This document shows positions 1-9,563 of a stretch of 35,910 nucleotides of DNA, one piece after another. The stretch's first letter is position 1. Every line of letters begins with the position of its first letter. The notes under the pieces were generated by a model that did no database searches, was not told the origin of the DNA, and saw only the letters and a program-made list of their open reading frames with translations. The stretch is from Wujia sp. (GTDB lineage: Bacteria; Bacillota; Clostridia; Lachnospirales; Lachnospiraceae): contig JBJEMZ010000170.1 of assembly GCA_051879935.1 (NCBI GenBank), positions 1-35,910 on the forward strand, written 5' to 3'. The translations under genes were made by a program, and so were the position numbers.

Positions 1-2798
1 GTATCTTTTGTTCTTGTAGAATAATCATGGTTTTCAATTTTATGTACCACTCCTGAAAACTCATCCAACATATCAGCTATTCTTTTATCATCTTTCTTGA
101 AGGAAATTACAGGATCCTCCGTTGCACTCAAATAATACAGTTTCATTTTTGATACTTCTACACCATATTTTTGTTCTACTAAATGTGCGTACACCTGTAA
201 TTGCTTTTCATAACTTTGGAGCATTGAATCTGTCATCTTTTGAGGCTTATCACCGGTTTTGAAATCAACAATTTCTACAGTGTCTCCTTGCCCCTTTAAC
301 ATATCAACCTGTCCATTTAAAATGTAATCATCATTAGGGTAACTTAATCTAACTTCAGCCTCCCTAATATTTTCCCACATATCTCTTGAATTATTGAAAT
401 AGTTATAAACATACCTCATAGCAGCAGCTTTAGAAGAAGGAGCCAAATAACTATGTTCTGTTAATACAAGTCCCTGATAATTTTGTTCAAACCATCCTTC
501 CAAGTTATCTAATACAGTTTCCGCCTCATTACGCAAAATAGCATCATGAATATCTTCTATGGTTTCATGTACTAAAGATCCAAATAAAGTTGATCCCACT
601 CTAATCTCACTAAATCCTAATTCCCTAAACATTTTGTATTCAAGCGAACATCTCTCATACTTTGAAATGTCAGTAGTAAATGCATAAGACTGTTTCAATT
701 CAGATTTCTTAACATCTCTAAAACAGAACTCATCAAAATCCATATTTATATCATATGGCATAATTGAATCCCATAACGAACAAAAATACTTGCTTGGAGA
801 CTGACTTCTTCCACTCGATACTATCGGTGTTGTTAATACTAATAAACTTTCAGCCCTAGAAAATGCTACATAATACCTTCTCCAAAAATCATAAAATTTT
901 ATATCATCTTCCGGTTCAAAATTATTTCTGTCAGAGAATTCATCGTATACTTCATTCAAAATTGATTCATTTTCTTTTCTTGGGGAATCATAAAGTGAGT
1001 CTACAATAACAATAGGAAACTCCATGCCTTTCGATTGATGAACAGTCATAAACGATACACAACCACTTGGCGCATACTCACTCTCATCCTGATACTCTTC
1101 CATTCCACCTTTCATCAGAAATCTAAAGTACGTTCTAAATAATTTTTGTAAAATACGAATTTTCTTTTCACTTGAAATAACTTCTACTCTTTCAATTGAT
1201 TCAAATTTAGAAAGAATATTGGTCATAATTGCAAGATTACGTATCGCTCTCTGATCTGCAACTCCCGATGCTAAATCCGTATCAATAATTTCTTTAAAAT
1301 AGTCAAATGTAAACATTTGATAAAGCAGTCTCGTGAAGGCATAATCGGTGTTTCCTTTTAGGTCAGCTAACTCTTTCATTCTGTATGAAACCCACTCTTC
1401 AAGAGCTGAATCTTCATCCATTAGTTCATAGGCAACATCTAAACATTCATTATAATAATTAACCATGTCTTCAAACCATGTACTGTCGTCTTCAAGAAGC
1501 TCTTCTTCAAAATCACTAAACAAATGAAGAATTATTCCAATACAGGCTTTAATCTCCTCTCTATCAAAAAACATTTTTGAACGAGGAGAATATACCGGAA
1601 CACCATGTTCTTCTAAATAGTTAGCAAGGTGCTTTGCTTTGTCATTTGTTACAGATCTAAACAAAAAAGCAACCTGATTATAATTATCTATGTATCCATT
1701 TTCGCGCATATTGGTTAAGAAACAGTATATATTTTCACACCAATCATCAACCGAATCACCAGAAATTCTTAAAACTGGTGGCGTACCTGTTTTTCTCTTC
1801 TTCCCTTCACTTGGTACAATTTTCTTTTCAATTCTATATCCATTCCACGTAAAAAAATCCTCGGAATAATCGGTCATCCATTTATTATATAACTCAATGA
1901 TTTCTGGCTCAGATCGATAATTTGTCGTCAACTTAACTTCTTTACATTTTCCTTCTTCAAACTTCTCTTGAAATCCCAGGATATTTTTTATCGTTGCCCC
2001 TCTAAACCTATACATAGATTGATCATCATCACCAACTACACATATATTTAGAGTTTTAGATAACAGAAAAATGATTTTCTCTTGAATAGAGTTTGTATCC
2101 TGATACTCATCTATCATCATATACTTAAAAAGTTCTTGATATTTTTGAAGTATATTTTCATTATCACAAAGCAATTTATATGCGGTTGCCTGTATTGTTG
2201 CAAAATCTAATCTATTTGTACTTTCCAAAAGCTGATCATATAGCAGTTTAGCTTCTCCCAATGCTACAAATTGTGGATTCGGAGAACAAAGTAATTCATG
2301 AACATCGATTTGTTCTTCTGCCAATCCATTTAACCAATCCGCCAAAATTGATGCTTTATCCCAAATACCTCTATTTCCAAAATCTAAGTAACTGAAATTA
2401 GGCAACTTTGAAAAGTCGTATGTTAGTTTTTGATACAAAAAATACTTCTGATCAAAGTCATCCATAAGAGTAAAATTTTTTTTTAATCCCGGAATAAACG
2501 CAATATTATCTCTTACTATCCTTAAACAGATAGAATGGAAAGTTCCTATATAGACATCATTTAAATCAAAATCAGGAATGACCGCTGAAATACGAGTTAC
2601 TATTTCTTTAGCTGCTTTTTCTGTAAATGTTGCCATTAAAATATTTTCTGGCTTTATTCCATAATTATTGACCATATTTGCATAGCGATTAACAAGAGTT
2701 GCAGTCTTTCCTGTTCCAGGACCTGCCGAAATCAACAATGGTCCATCAATTAAATTGATAGCTTCAAGTTGTGCTGCATTTGGTGTAATATTTCCCAT
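1..2798 (-). CDS. UvrD/PcrA-family (SF1A) helicase fused to a C-terminal RecB-like PD-(D/E)XK nuclease; 3' end lies beyond the window
   Basis: Read by hand at intervals: ATG at 2798 after RBS GAAAGGAGG; MGNITPNAAQLEAI..ISAGPGTGKT (Walker A), ATFTEKAA, GTFHSIC, MIDEYQDTN, VVGDDDQSMYRFRGA, NYRS, TVHQSKGMEFP, YVAFSRAE; C-terminal GQVDML..IVDFKTG..QLQVYA. About 932 codons in the window. Confidence 0.9.
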   Translation of the reverse strand, partial: MGNITPNAAQLEAINLIDGPLLISAGPGTGKTATLVNRYANMVNNYGIKPENILMATFTEKAAKEIVTRISAVIPDFDLNDVYIGTFHSICLRIVRDNIAFIPGLKKNFTLMDDFDQKYFLYQKLTYDFSKLPNFSYLDFGNRGIWDKASILADWLNGLAEEQIDVHELLCSPNPQFVALGEAKLLYDQLLESTNRLDFATIQATAYKLLCDNENILQKYQELFKYMMIDEYQDTNSIQEKIIFLLSKTLNICVVGDDDQSMYRFRGATIKNILGFQEKFEEGKCKEVKLTTNYRSEPEIIELYNKWMTDYSEDFFTWNGYRIEKKIVPSEGKKRKTGTPPVLRISGDSVDDWCENIYCFLTNMRENGYIDNYNQVAFLFRSVTNDKAKHLANYLEEHGVPVYSPRSKMFFDREEIKACIGIILHLFSDFEEELLEDDSTWFEDMVNYYNECLDVAYELMDEDSALEEWVSYRMKELADLKGNTDYAFTRLLYQMFTFDYFKEIIDTDLASGVADQRAIRNLAIMTNILSKFESIERVEVISSEKKIRILQKLFRTYFRFLMKGGMEEYQDESEYAPSGCVSFMTVHQSKGMEFPIVIVDSLYDSPRKENESILNEVYDEFSDRNNFEPEDDIKFYDFWRRYYVAFSRAESLLVLTTPIVSSGRSQSPSKYFCSLWDSIMPYDINMDFDEFCFRDVKKSELKQSYAFTTDISKYERCSLEYKMFRELGFSEIRVGSTLFGSLVHETIEDIHDAILRNEAETVLDNLEGWFEQNYQGLVLTEHSYLAPSSKAAAMRYVYNYFNNSRDMWENIREAEVRLSYPNDDYILNGQVDMLKGQGDTVEIVDFKTGDKPQKMTDSMLQSYEKQLQVYAHLVEQKYGVEVSKMKLYYLSATEDPVISFKKDDKRIADMLDEFSGVVHKIENHDYSTRTKD

Positions 2799-2839
2799 AA
2801 AGAGCCTCCTTTCTCGTACAATACGTATTCGTACTCATA

Positions 2840-3025
2840 TCATGACTTTATATATTTTCCGGATTTAATTCTTCTGTCAATTGGTTTCTCAGCATTCTTC
2901 GGGATAGCCCATGCATTTCCAAATTTCAATACACCTGGTATGAGCCCCTCATTACATATTGTTTGAAGCCTCCGTTCTGATAAGTTCCATTTTTTAGATG
3001 CTTCCTTGACTGTCATGTATTCCAT
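2840..3025 (-). CDS. Small excisionase-like (MerR-superfamily) HTH DNA-binding protein, 61 aa
   Basis: MEYMTVKEASKKWNLSERRLQTICNEGLIPGVLKFGNAWAIPKNAEKP; RBS GAGGTG before ATG 3025, so the ORF-track start at 3214 is probably too long. Confidence 0.85.
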   Translation of the reverse strand: MEYMTVKEASKKWNLSERRLQTICNEGLIPGVLKFGNAWAIPKNAEKPIDRRIKSGKYIKS

Positions 3026-3067
3026 ATCTTTCACCTCTACAAAATACAACAATAAACCACTATGTAT

Positions 3068-3096
3068 ATTATAAGCGGAAAGGCGCCGAAAATCAA
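3068..3096 (-). promoter_or_regulatory. Sigma-A promoter for the HTH-helicase/nuclease unit
   Basis: TTGATT-17 nt-TATAAT on the minus strand. Confidence 0.65.
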
Positions 3097-3268
3097 TTAA
3101 AAACAAGGGTGCAACTATTCGCGGACAACAATTTTCCATCGGTACTATTCCGGCGTACAACCTTTGCTGCTCTGTTTTTTGCACCCTTCTATAATCACTT
3201 GGTTCTATATACATTTTTTCCTGCTAAAAACACAGATTCATAATCTTCAAAAAAGCCCTGAAACCCGC

Positions 3269-4708
3269 TTAAACTGGTGCTTTACGCGACAGCAAACACA
3301 CTGTCTCCACATGATTCGTCCTCGGAAATTGATCCACACAGCACACCCGCTGCACCTGATACCCCCGCTTGATAATCGTCTCCAGATCTCTGGCAAGGGA
3401 AGTCGGCTTGCAGCTGATGTACACCATCTCATCGACGCCAAAGGCAAGTATCTTTTCCAGTGCCTTCGGATGCACGCCATCCCGGGGTGGATCTAAGATA
3501 ATCACATCCGGTTTGTCATCCACCAGATCGATAGCTAAGAGTACATCCCCGGCAATAAACTCGCAATTTGATAGTCCGTTCTGTTCCGCATTTTTCTTCG
3601 CCGCTTCCACTGCCTCTTCCACGATTTCGATGCCGATGACCTTCTTCGCTACAGGTGCCATCATCTGTGCAATCGTTCCGGTCCCGCTATATAAATCAAA
3701 CACAATCTTGTCATTTCCTGCGCCCTGCATCACGCTTCCTGCCAGGATGTAATCCCGCGCCATTTGATAGAGCACCTCACATCCGGCTGTGTTCGTCTGA
3801 AAAAAGGAAAATGGAGAAATCTGAAATGTAAGCCCAAGCAGCTCCTCCTCAATAAAATCCTTTCCGTACAATACGATGGTCCGGTCGCTCTGTACCACAT
3901 CTCCCAGCACATCATTTTCTGTATATAAAATACCGGCAATCCTTCCGGTAAAATCATCTTCCTTTTCAAGCGCAAGCAACTGCTCCACATACGCCTGCAA
4001 AATCTCATCTTTGTCAAATCCGTATATCTCCCACTGTGTGGATGTAACAAGATTGATCAGGAATTCCCCTGATGCATGTGACTGACGGATAACAAGATTA
4101 CGAAGTACACCCTCATGCCGCATGCGATGGAAAAATGGCACATTTTTCGAAGCAAAAAACGTCTCACTGCCGGAAAGGATTTTACTCCAATCCTCCCCGA
4201 TAATCCGACAGCCTGTCACAGACAGGATATCATGAAAGCTTCCTTTTTTATGAAGTCCGAGTGCAAGCGGTCCATCCTTATAGGCATCACCAAATGTAAA
4301 TTCCATCTTATTACGGTAAGCGGTCTGGGACGGCGAACCGAGTATTCCTTCCCATATGTAATCCTTAGAATTAGAATCCTCCGCCAGCAGCACACGGTCA
4401 AGCAGCTTCTTTACCATGCCTTCCTTTAAGGCAAGCTGATTCGGGTACGAAAGCGTCTGATACGCACAGCCTCCGCACATGCCAAAATACGGGCAGTCAG
4501 GCTCTGCGTCCTCGATTGCTCCCCGCTCTATAACTTCAAGCAGTTTTCCTTCCGCCATACCACTCTTCTTTTTCGTCACCATATAGCGCACCTTTTGCCC
4601 CGGCAGCGCCCCCTTTACGGTCACCTTGCGATCCTCGGCCATGAAGCTCGCCTTGTTCGGAAAGTCGTATTTTTCTATGATTCCTTCACAAATATCACCT
4701 TTTTTCAA
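3269..4708 (-). CDS. rlmD: 23S rRNA (uracil-5)-methyltransferase RlmD/RumA family
   Basis: N-terminal TRAM region, CPYFGMCGGC Fe-S motif, SFFQTN, DLYSGTGTI, LDPPRDG, YISC, DQFPRTNHVE. Confidence 0.95.
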   Translation of the reverse strand: MKKGDICEGIIEKYDFPNKASFMAEDRKVTVKGALPGQKVRYMVTKKKSGMAEGKLLEVIERGAIEDAEPDCPYFGMCGGCAYQTLSYPNQLALKEGMVKKLLDRVLLAEDSNSKDYIWEGILGSPSQTAYRNKMEFTFGDAYKDGPLALGLHKKGSFHDILSVTGCRIIGEDWSKILSGSETFFASKNVPFFHRMRHEGVLRNLVIRQSHASGEFLINLVTSTQWEIYGFDKDEILQAYVEQLLALEKEDDFTGRIAGILYTENDVLGDVVQSDRTIVLYGKDFIEEELLGLTFQISPFSFFQTNTAGCEVLYQMARDYILAGSVMQGAGNDKIVFDLYSGTGTIAQMMAPVAKKVIGIEIVEEAVEAAKKNAEQNGLSNCEFIAGDVLLAIDLVDDKPDVIILDPPRDGVHPKALEKILAFGVDEMVYISCKPTSLARDLETIIKRGYQVQRVCCVDQFPRTNHVETVCLLSRKAPV

Positions 4709-4723
4709 CCAATCTTCTCCTTG

Positions 4724-5218
4724 TCATAAATTATAAAATTCATATGTCACTTCCTCTTCATCATCCACTTCCATCACCACGAAGGTCTGTTTTTTTCCTT
4801 CCTGCCGCGGATAAGTAAGACTTCCCGGATTCAAGATTGTGACGTCATCCGGATCCTCGTCCAAAAACGGCACATGGGTATGTCCGTACATCGCGATATC
4901 ACAATCATTTTCCAGAGCTGCATTTCGAAGTGCAAGCAGAGAGCCGTGCACGCCATATCGGTGTCCATGTGTCAAAAACAGGCGATGCTCTCCCACCAGA
5001 ATAACATTCACCTCTCTCAATTTTGTGTCATAATCCGTATTGCCACGCACAATATAACACGGCACACCGGCAAGTGCCTCGACTTCCCGCGCATCCCCCA
5101 CATCACCAAGATGAATCAGAAGCTGGAAATCACCAGCTTCTTCCCGCGTTTTTTCTATCGCTCTTTTTACATTCTCACTGTTTCCATGAGAATCACTCAT
5201 CACAAGTACACGCCACAT
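4724..5218 (-). CDS. Metallophosphoesterase (YfcE/YsnB family)
   Basis: SDSHG, HLGD, RGNTD, THGH, GHTH, NPGS motifs; adjacent to rdgB. Confidence 0.9.
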   Translation of the reverse strand: MWRVLVMSDSHGNSENVKRAIEKTREEAGDFQLLIHLGDVGDAREVEALAGVPCYIVRGNTDYDTKLREVNVILVGEHRLFLTHGHRYGVHGSLLALRNAALENDCDIAMYGHTHVPFLDEDPDDVTILNPGSLTYPRQEGKKQTFVVMEVDDEEEVTYEFYNL

Positions 5219-5809
5219 CTACAAAATCTCCCGAATCATCTCCAGCGCACGTCCTCTGTGGCTGATTTTGTTTTTATCCTCCGGTGCAATCTCAGCAGTC
5301 GTTTTCCCAAGCTCCGGCACATAGAAGATCGGGTCATAACCAAATCCGTTCTCACCTGCCGGCTCATATGCGATACGACCCTCGATAGTTCCGCGTCTTG
5401 TCACAACCGAACCATCCGGAAATGCTGCAGCAATCGCACACACAAACCGCGCAGTACGCTGCTCGTCCGGCACACCGGCGAGGTGGTCAATAATTTTCTG
5501 ATTCTTCACGCTGTATGGTGTGTCGACACCCTCCCATCTCGCAGAATAGATACCCGGCTCCCCGTTCATATAATCAACCTCAAGCCCGCTGTCATCTGCG
5601 AGCACGACACAGCCGTAAGCCTCCGGGAGCTTACTAATGGCAGTCGCCTTAATCGACGCATTTTCTTCAAAGGTGCTTCCGTTCTCCACAATATCGATAT
5701 CAATCCCTGCCTGCTTCATGGATACGATTTCATATCCGCAGTCCGCAAGGATCATGCGCACCTCCACCATCTTATTCTCATTTCCTGTCGCAAAAATAAT
5801 CTTCTTCAT
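5219..5809 (-). CDS. rdgB: Non-canonical purine NTP pyrophosphatase (RdgB/HAM1)
   Basis: ATGNENK, ADDSGL, PGIYSAR, GFGYDPIF, KNKISHR. Confidence 0.95.
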   Translation of the reverse strand: MKKIIFATGNENKMVEVRMILADCGYEIVSMKQAGIDIDIVENGSTFEENASIKATAISKLPEAYGCVVLADDSGLEVDYMNGEPGIYSARWEGVDTPYSVKNQKIIDHLAGVPDEQRTARFVCAIAAAFPDGSVVTRRGTIEGRIAYEPAGENGFGYDPIFYVPELGKTTAEIAPEDKNKISHRGRALEMIREIL

Positions 5810-5828
5810 CTTTTCTTCCCTTTCGCAC

Positions 5829-7619
5829 TCACCTTTCAGCGTCCGTGTCCGTCGCTGTATTTATCGTCTCGTTTGCCGCATTTTTCGTCTTCTTTTTTGT
5901 TGTTCCTGTCCGGTTCGTAAATGCCTTCAGACACACATTGCACTTCTCGGACGTCTCCGCACGATGCCACATCTCGCCATACAAACTGATATATCCCTCA
6001 CCATCACTGATGTCAAAGCTTGCCGACCGTTCATCCGCATTGTACTCAATGGCAATCGGGTGCACGGCGCCCGGCGTATGTATTTTCACAATGACCGCGT
6101 AACGTTCATAGTCTTCAAGCGGTATCGCCTCCGGAAAATCAACTGTGTAATAACCGGCATGCTTCATGCTTCCCGACACAACAAATTCACGCTCCTTAAA
6201 CGAATCCACATCCTGAAAATCGCGCACAACATAAACCTCAAATTCCGTATTCTTATCTGTCGCATAAAAGGAAACAGCCGCCAGCTCCTCATCGACTCCT
6301 GCCTTATAAACATTAGAGAAATATGCATCCTCCTTGGAAAACCCAAGCTGTCCGACCCAGCCGAGTTTATCGGTCTGATAGATATTGTCATAATTATCCT
6401 TGTCTCCTACCCTCGTATAAACAACCGACTTGTTACAGATTTTTGTATCATAATAGGAGACGTAGAAATAACCGTCATCGCCGAATTCCTCACCCCAGCT
6501 GTTCTTACATATATATGCACCATCGCCCTCCGGACGAATCGTAAAATTCTCCCTTGAGTAGTTGTCATCCCATCCAACAACCACGACATCATGGTTCGGC
6601 GTCTCATCTCCGTCATAATAATAGGCCGCGTATTCACTCGAATAATACATGGAATAACTGTCCGCATACTCCATGGCCGAATAGATAGATGTCTCAATCG
6701 CTCCATATCGGAAGATTGCACTCTTAATCGTCTCATCATCCCGGCCGTTTATAATAAGCGCCTCCTCAAGATGTTTCTCCGCCGACAGATTCGGATCACT
6801 CATGCCGTCCCCATACGGGTCATCCTTCTCGTACACAGGTCCCTGCCATGCCGCAAGGTAGGCGATACTCATCGTATGCTCGCCCCCGCTGTTTATGTCC
6901 AATGCATAGCTATTACACATCGACATATGATCGACAGAAAAGATACTATTCTCCATCGGCCTAACCGTCGTTTCAAGTGCTCCGAGCGAAGCAAATGCCC
7001 AGCATGTACCATACCGCCCCTGATCGCGCACAGGACTTACCCTTCCGTAATCACGCATATCATAACGCTCCGGAAGCGCAACCTCTCCCGGAAGAATGGC
7101 AAGATCAACCCACTTTTCTTCCACATGGTACTCGACCTGGTAACTTAGGTACTCTGCAATATGGTCAATCGGAAAAATCAGACTATCTGTTTCCTCATCA
7201 AGATACACACTGTCACCAAGGTCAACCTCTGTTTTACGATTCACCGTAGCTGTATCTTTACCGATAGCCAGTTCAATCTTGTTATCCCCCTTCATGACAA
7301 GCACGGTTCCATCCGGATACCGTTGCACGGAGCATAAAAGCAGACTTCTTAAAAATTCGCCCTCGACCATCAGATGCATATTCTCACTGACATAAAATGC
7401 AAAGCCGAACTCCTCCATGCTTCCGCCACCCACCGTGATAATCACATCATCTTCGTTCATACGAGAGCGAATATTTGCTCCAAACGCTTCTCCACATGAC
7501 GCAATCGTATCGGATTCGTCAATCGTCTTCACAGGGTTTCGTCCAAGAAAAAATGTAATTGTAACCAGCACTGCAATCAGCACCGGAAATATCCATACTT
7601 TCTTCAAATTACTGCTCAT
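5829..7619 (-). CDS. Membrane-anchored papain-like (C1) cysteine peptidase with N-terminal stalk-like and C-terminal lectin-like domains
   Basis: N-terminal hydrophobic helix; QGRYGTCWAF (Gln/Cys), NHDVVVVGW (His), KNSWG (Asn). Confidence 0.85.
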   Translation of the reverse strand: MSSNLKKVWIFPVLIAVLVTITFFLGRNPVKTIDESDTIASCGEAFGANIRSRMNEDDVIITVGGGSMEEFGFAFYVSENMHLMVEGEFLRSLLLCSVQRYPDGTVLVMKGDNKIELAIGKDTATVNRKTEVDLGDSVYLDEETDSLIFPIDHIAEYLSYQVEYHVEEKWVDLAILPGEVALPERYDMRDYGRVSPVRDQGRYGTCWAFASLGALETTVRPMENSIFSVDHMSMCNSYALDINSGGEHTMSIAYLAAWQGPVYEKDDPYGDGMSDPNLSAEKHLEEALIINGRDDETIKSAIFRYGAIETSIYSAMEYADSYSMYYSSEYAAYYYDGDETPNHDVVVVGWDDNYSRENFTIRPEGDGAYICKNSWGEEFGDDGYFYVSYYDTKICNKSVVYTRVGDKDNYDNIYQTDKLGWVGQLGFSKEDAYFSNVYKAGVDEELAAVSFYATDKNTEFEVYVVRDFQDVDSFKEREFVVSGSMKHAGYYTVDFPEAIPLEDYERYAVIVKIHTPGAVHPIAIEYNADERSASFDISDGEGYISLYGEMWHRAETSEKCNVCLKAFTNRTGTTKKKTKNAANETINTATDTDAER

Positions 7620-8772
7620 TTCCTTTCGGTTGTCTTGGTGGTTTCGGTCCCATAAACTGATAGAAATAGGACTTAATCATACCATTGTATATTTTGCGGT
7701 TCTTGTCCGCCTTTCGTCCGATATACTTTTCCGCATCCTCATAAGAGGTAATCAGATACATCGACCAGTCCGGCAGGCCCCGGAAGCTTTCTCCGATGGT
7801 TTCATACAAAGCCGGAAGAGCCGCTTTTTCCTCCAGACGTTCACCATACGGAGGGTTTGTAATGATAAATCCATAATGCTTCGGATGACGCAGGTCCTTT
7901 ACGTCCCGCGCCTGAAAATGAATATATTGCTCAACACCTGCTGCCTTCGCATTTGCCATCGCACATTTCACGATTTCCGGATCCAGATCATAGCCCTGGA
8001 TATTCATCTGCACATTCCGCAGAACCATATCCTCCGCCTCATCATATGCCTGATACCATGCCTTCTTCGGTATCACCTTTTCCCAGCTGTCCGATACAAA
8101 CTCACGCATCATCCCCGGTGCGATATTTGCACCAATCATCGCCGCCTCAATCGGAAAAGTACCGCTCCCGCAGAATGGATCCACAAGTACACGGTCTTTG
8201 TTCCACGGTGTCAGCATCAAAAGTGCTGCTGCCAATGTCTCGGAAATCGGAGCCTTTCCGACGAGCTGCCGGTATCCGCGCTTGTGCAGGGATGTCCCGG
8301 ATGTATCAAGCCCAATGGAAACCGTATCCTTAAATATAAACACACGGATTGGATACTCGTCCCCATCCTCCTCAAACCGCTCAACACGGTATGTCTGTTT
8401 CATACGCTCCACAATCGCCTTTTTCACAATCGATTGTATCGCACTTCCCGAGAACAGCGCGCTCTTGTTTGTCGTTGCCTTTGTAACCCAGAACTTTGCA
8501 TCCCGCGGAAGATATTCCTCCCACGGAATTGCCTTCGTCCCCTCAAACAGTTCGTCAAAATCCGCAGCCCGAAAGCTACCCATCTTCAGTAATATCCGCT
8601 CTGCCGTTCTGATAAATATATTTGCACGGGCAATCGCCGATTCATCTCCGCGAAATGTGACGCGCCCGTCTTCCACAGCTACAATTTCATATCCAAGATT
8701 CAATATTTCACGTTTCAACACCGATTCCAATCCAAAATGGCACGGCGCTATCAATTCATAACTTAATCCCAT
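7609..8772 (-). CDS. THUMP-domain class I SAM-dependent RNA methyltransferase (RlmL/YpsC-like)
   Basis: SLHKRGYR, APISETLAAA, DPFCGSGT, NPPYGER. Confidence 0.9.
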   Translation of the reverse strand: MGLSYELIAPCHFGLESVLKREILNLGYEIVAVEDGRVTFRGDESAIARANIFIRTAERILLKMGSFRAADFDELFEGTKAIPWEEYLPRDAKFWVTKATTNKSALFSGSAIQSIVKKAIVERMKQTYRVERFEEDGDEYPIRVFIFKDTVSIGLDTSGTSLHKRGYRQLVGKAPISETLAAALLMLTPWNKDRVLVDPFCGSGTFPIEAAMIGANIAPGMMREFVSDSWEKVIPKKAWYQAYDEAEDMVLRNVQMNIQGYDLDPEIVKCAMANAKAAGVEQYIHFQARDVKDLRHPKHYGFIITNPPYGERLEEKAALPALYETIGESFRGLPDWSMYLITSYEDAEKYIGRKADKNRKIYNGMIKSYFYQFMGPKPPRQPKGNEQ

Positions 8773-8859
8773 GTACTGTCATGACCTCTTTCATCAAAAC
8801 ATAATTAATATCATTGTAAATTTATCTTTCGATTAAGTCAACACATACCACAAATTCCC

Positions 8860-9198
8860 TCACATTTTTTTACCCCGCGTGAGAGCTCCGTGATAACTTG
8901 ACAATCCACCCACCGTATTGATGACCTTATACCCTTTTTCCGACAATATACTCGCAGCCAGTGCACTGCTTCCTCCATTTGCACAATACACCAAAATCAC
9001 TTTTCCCTTTGGAAGAGAAATATTTCCTGCCTGCAGTTCGCAAAGAGGCAGATTTATCGCCATAGGGATATGACTTTGGGCAAATTCTTCACTAGTTCTT
9101 ACGTCCACAATGATTCCTCCATAGTTCAACGCTTCACTCAAAATATTTCGAATATTAATATTATGAAATCTCATCGTTCCGCCTCCTTTTTTGCTCAT
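8860..9198 (-). CDS. Single-domain rhodanese-like protein
   Basis: IVDVRTSEEF..HIPMAINLP..VYCANGGSS; true start may be the second Met. Confidence 0.85.
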   Translation of the reverse strand: MSKKGGGTMRFHNINIRNILSEALNYGGIIVDVRTSEEFAQSHIPMAINLPLCELQAGNISLPKGKVILVYCANGGSSALAASILSEKGYKVINTVGGLSSYHGALTRGKKM

Positions 9199-9268
9199 AA
9201 TGTAATACAGAGCTTCTCTTATCTATAGTATATGCTGAGCAAATAGGAAAGGAACTTTATGACTGCAC

Positions 9269-9319
9269 AAAAAAAGGAACCCCGGTCCATGCAAAATTGT
9301 CTTCGACAATGGACCGGGG
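9269..9319 (-). terminator. Intrinsic terminator downstream of the small N/Q-rich ORF
   Basis: 11-bp stem CCCCGGTCCAT/ATGGACCGGGG (9280-9290/9309-9319) followed on the minus strand by TTCC-T7. Confidence 0.7.
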
Positions 9320-9362
9320 CTACGCAAAAATCTGCTTCGCAGATTTTCACATGTGGAGGGGG

Positions 9363-9524
9363 TTAGTAACAGTTATTACTGTTACTTGTGTTATTTTTCT
9401 GACTGTTCTTCTGGCTGTTTGAAGCCTTTGCATTTGATGCAGTTTCCTTGTTTGTCTGATTGCTGCCTGTATTATTTCTCTGGTTGTTTTTTTGTTCGTT
9501 TGACTGATTATTATTTCCTGCCAT
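9363..9524 (-). CDS. Unannotated 53-aa Asn/Gln/Ser-rich small protein (SASP-like composition)
   Basis: MAGNNNQSNEQKNNQRNNTGSNQTNKETASNAKASNSQKNSQKNNTSNSNNCY*; strong RBS AAGGAGA; own promoter and terminator; below the ORF-track size cutoff. Confidence 0.75.
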   Translation of the reverse strand: MAGNNNQSNEQKNNQRNNTGSNQTNKETASNAKASNSQKNSQKNNTSNSNNCY

Positions 9525-9563
9525 AACCTATCTCCTTTTCTCTGTAATAACTGTTACATAAGA

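Larger units (their letters stand above)
1..3268. mobile_element. Probable genomic island edge at the 3' end of rlmD
   Basis: Abrupt shift to AT-rich sequence downstream of rlmD; the rlmD/rumA 3' end is a known integration hotspot in Firmicutes; no integrase visible in the window. Confidence 0.55.

Noticed and set aside
4874-8592. Long plus-strand ORFs (348, 306, 391 aa)
   Set aside because: Antisense shadows of well-supported minus-strand genes, with no recognisable motifs
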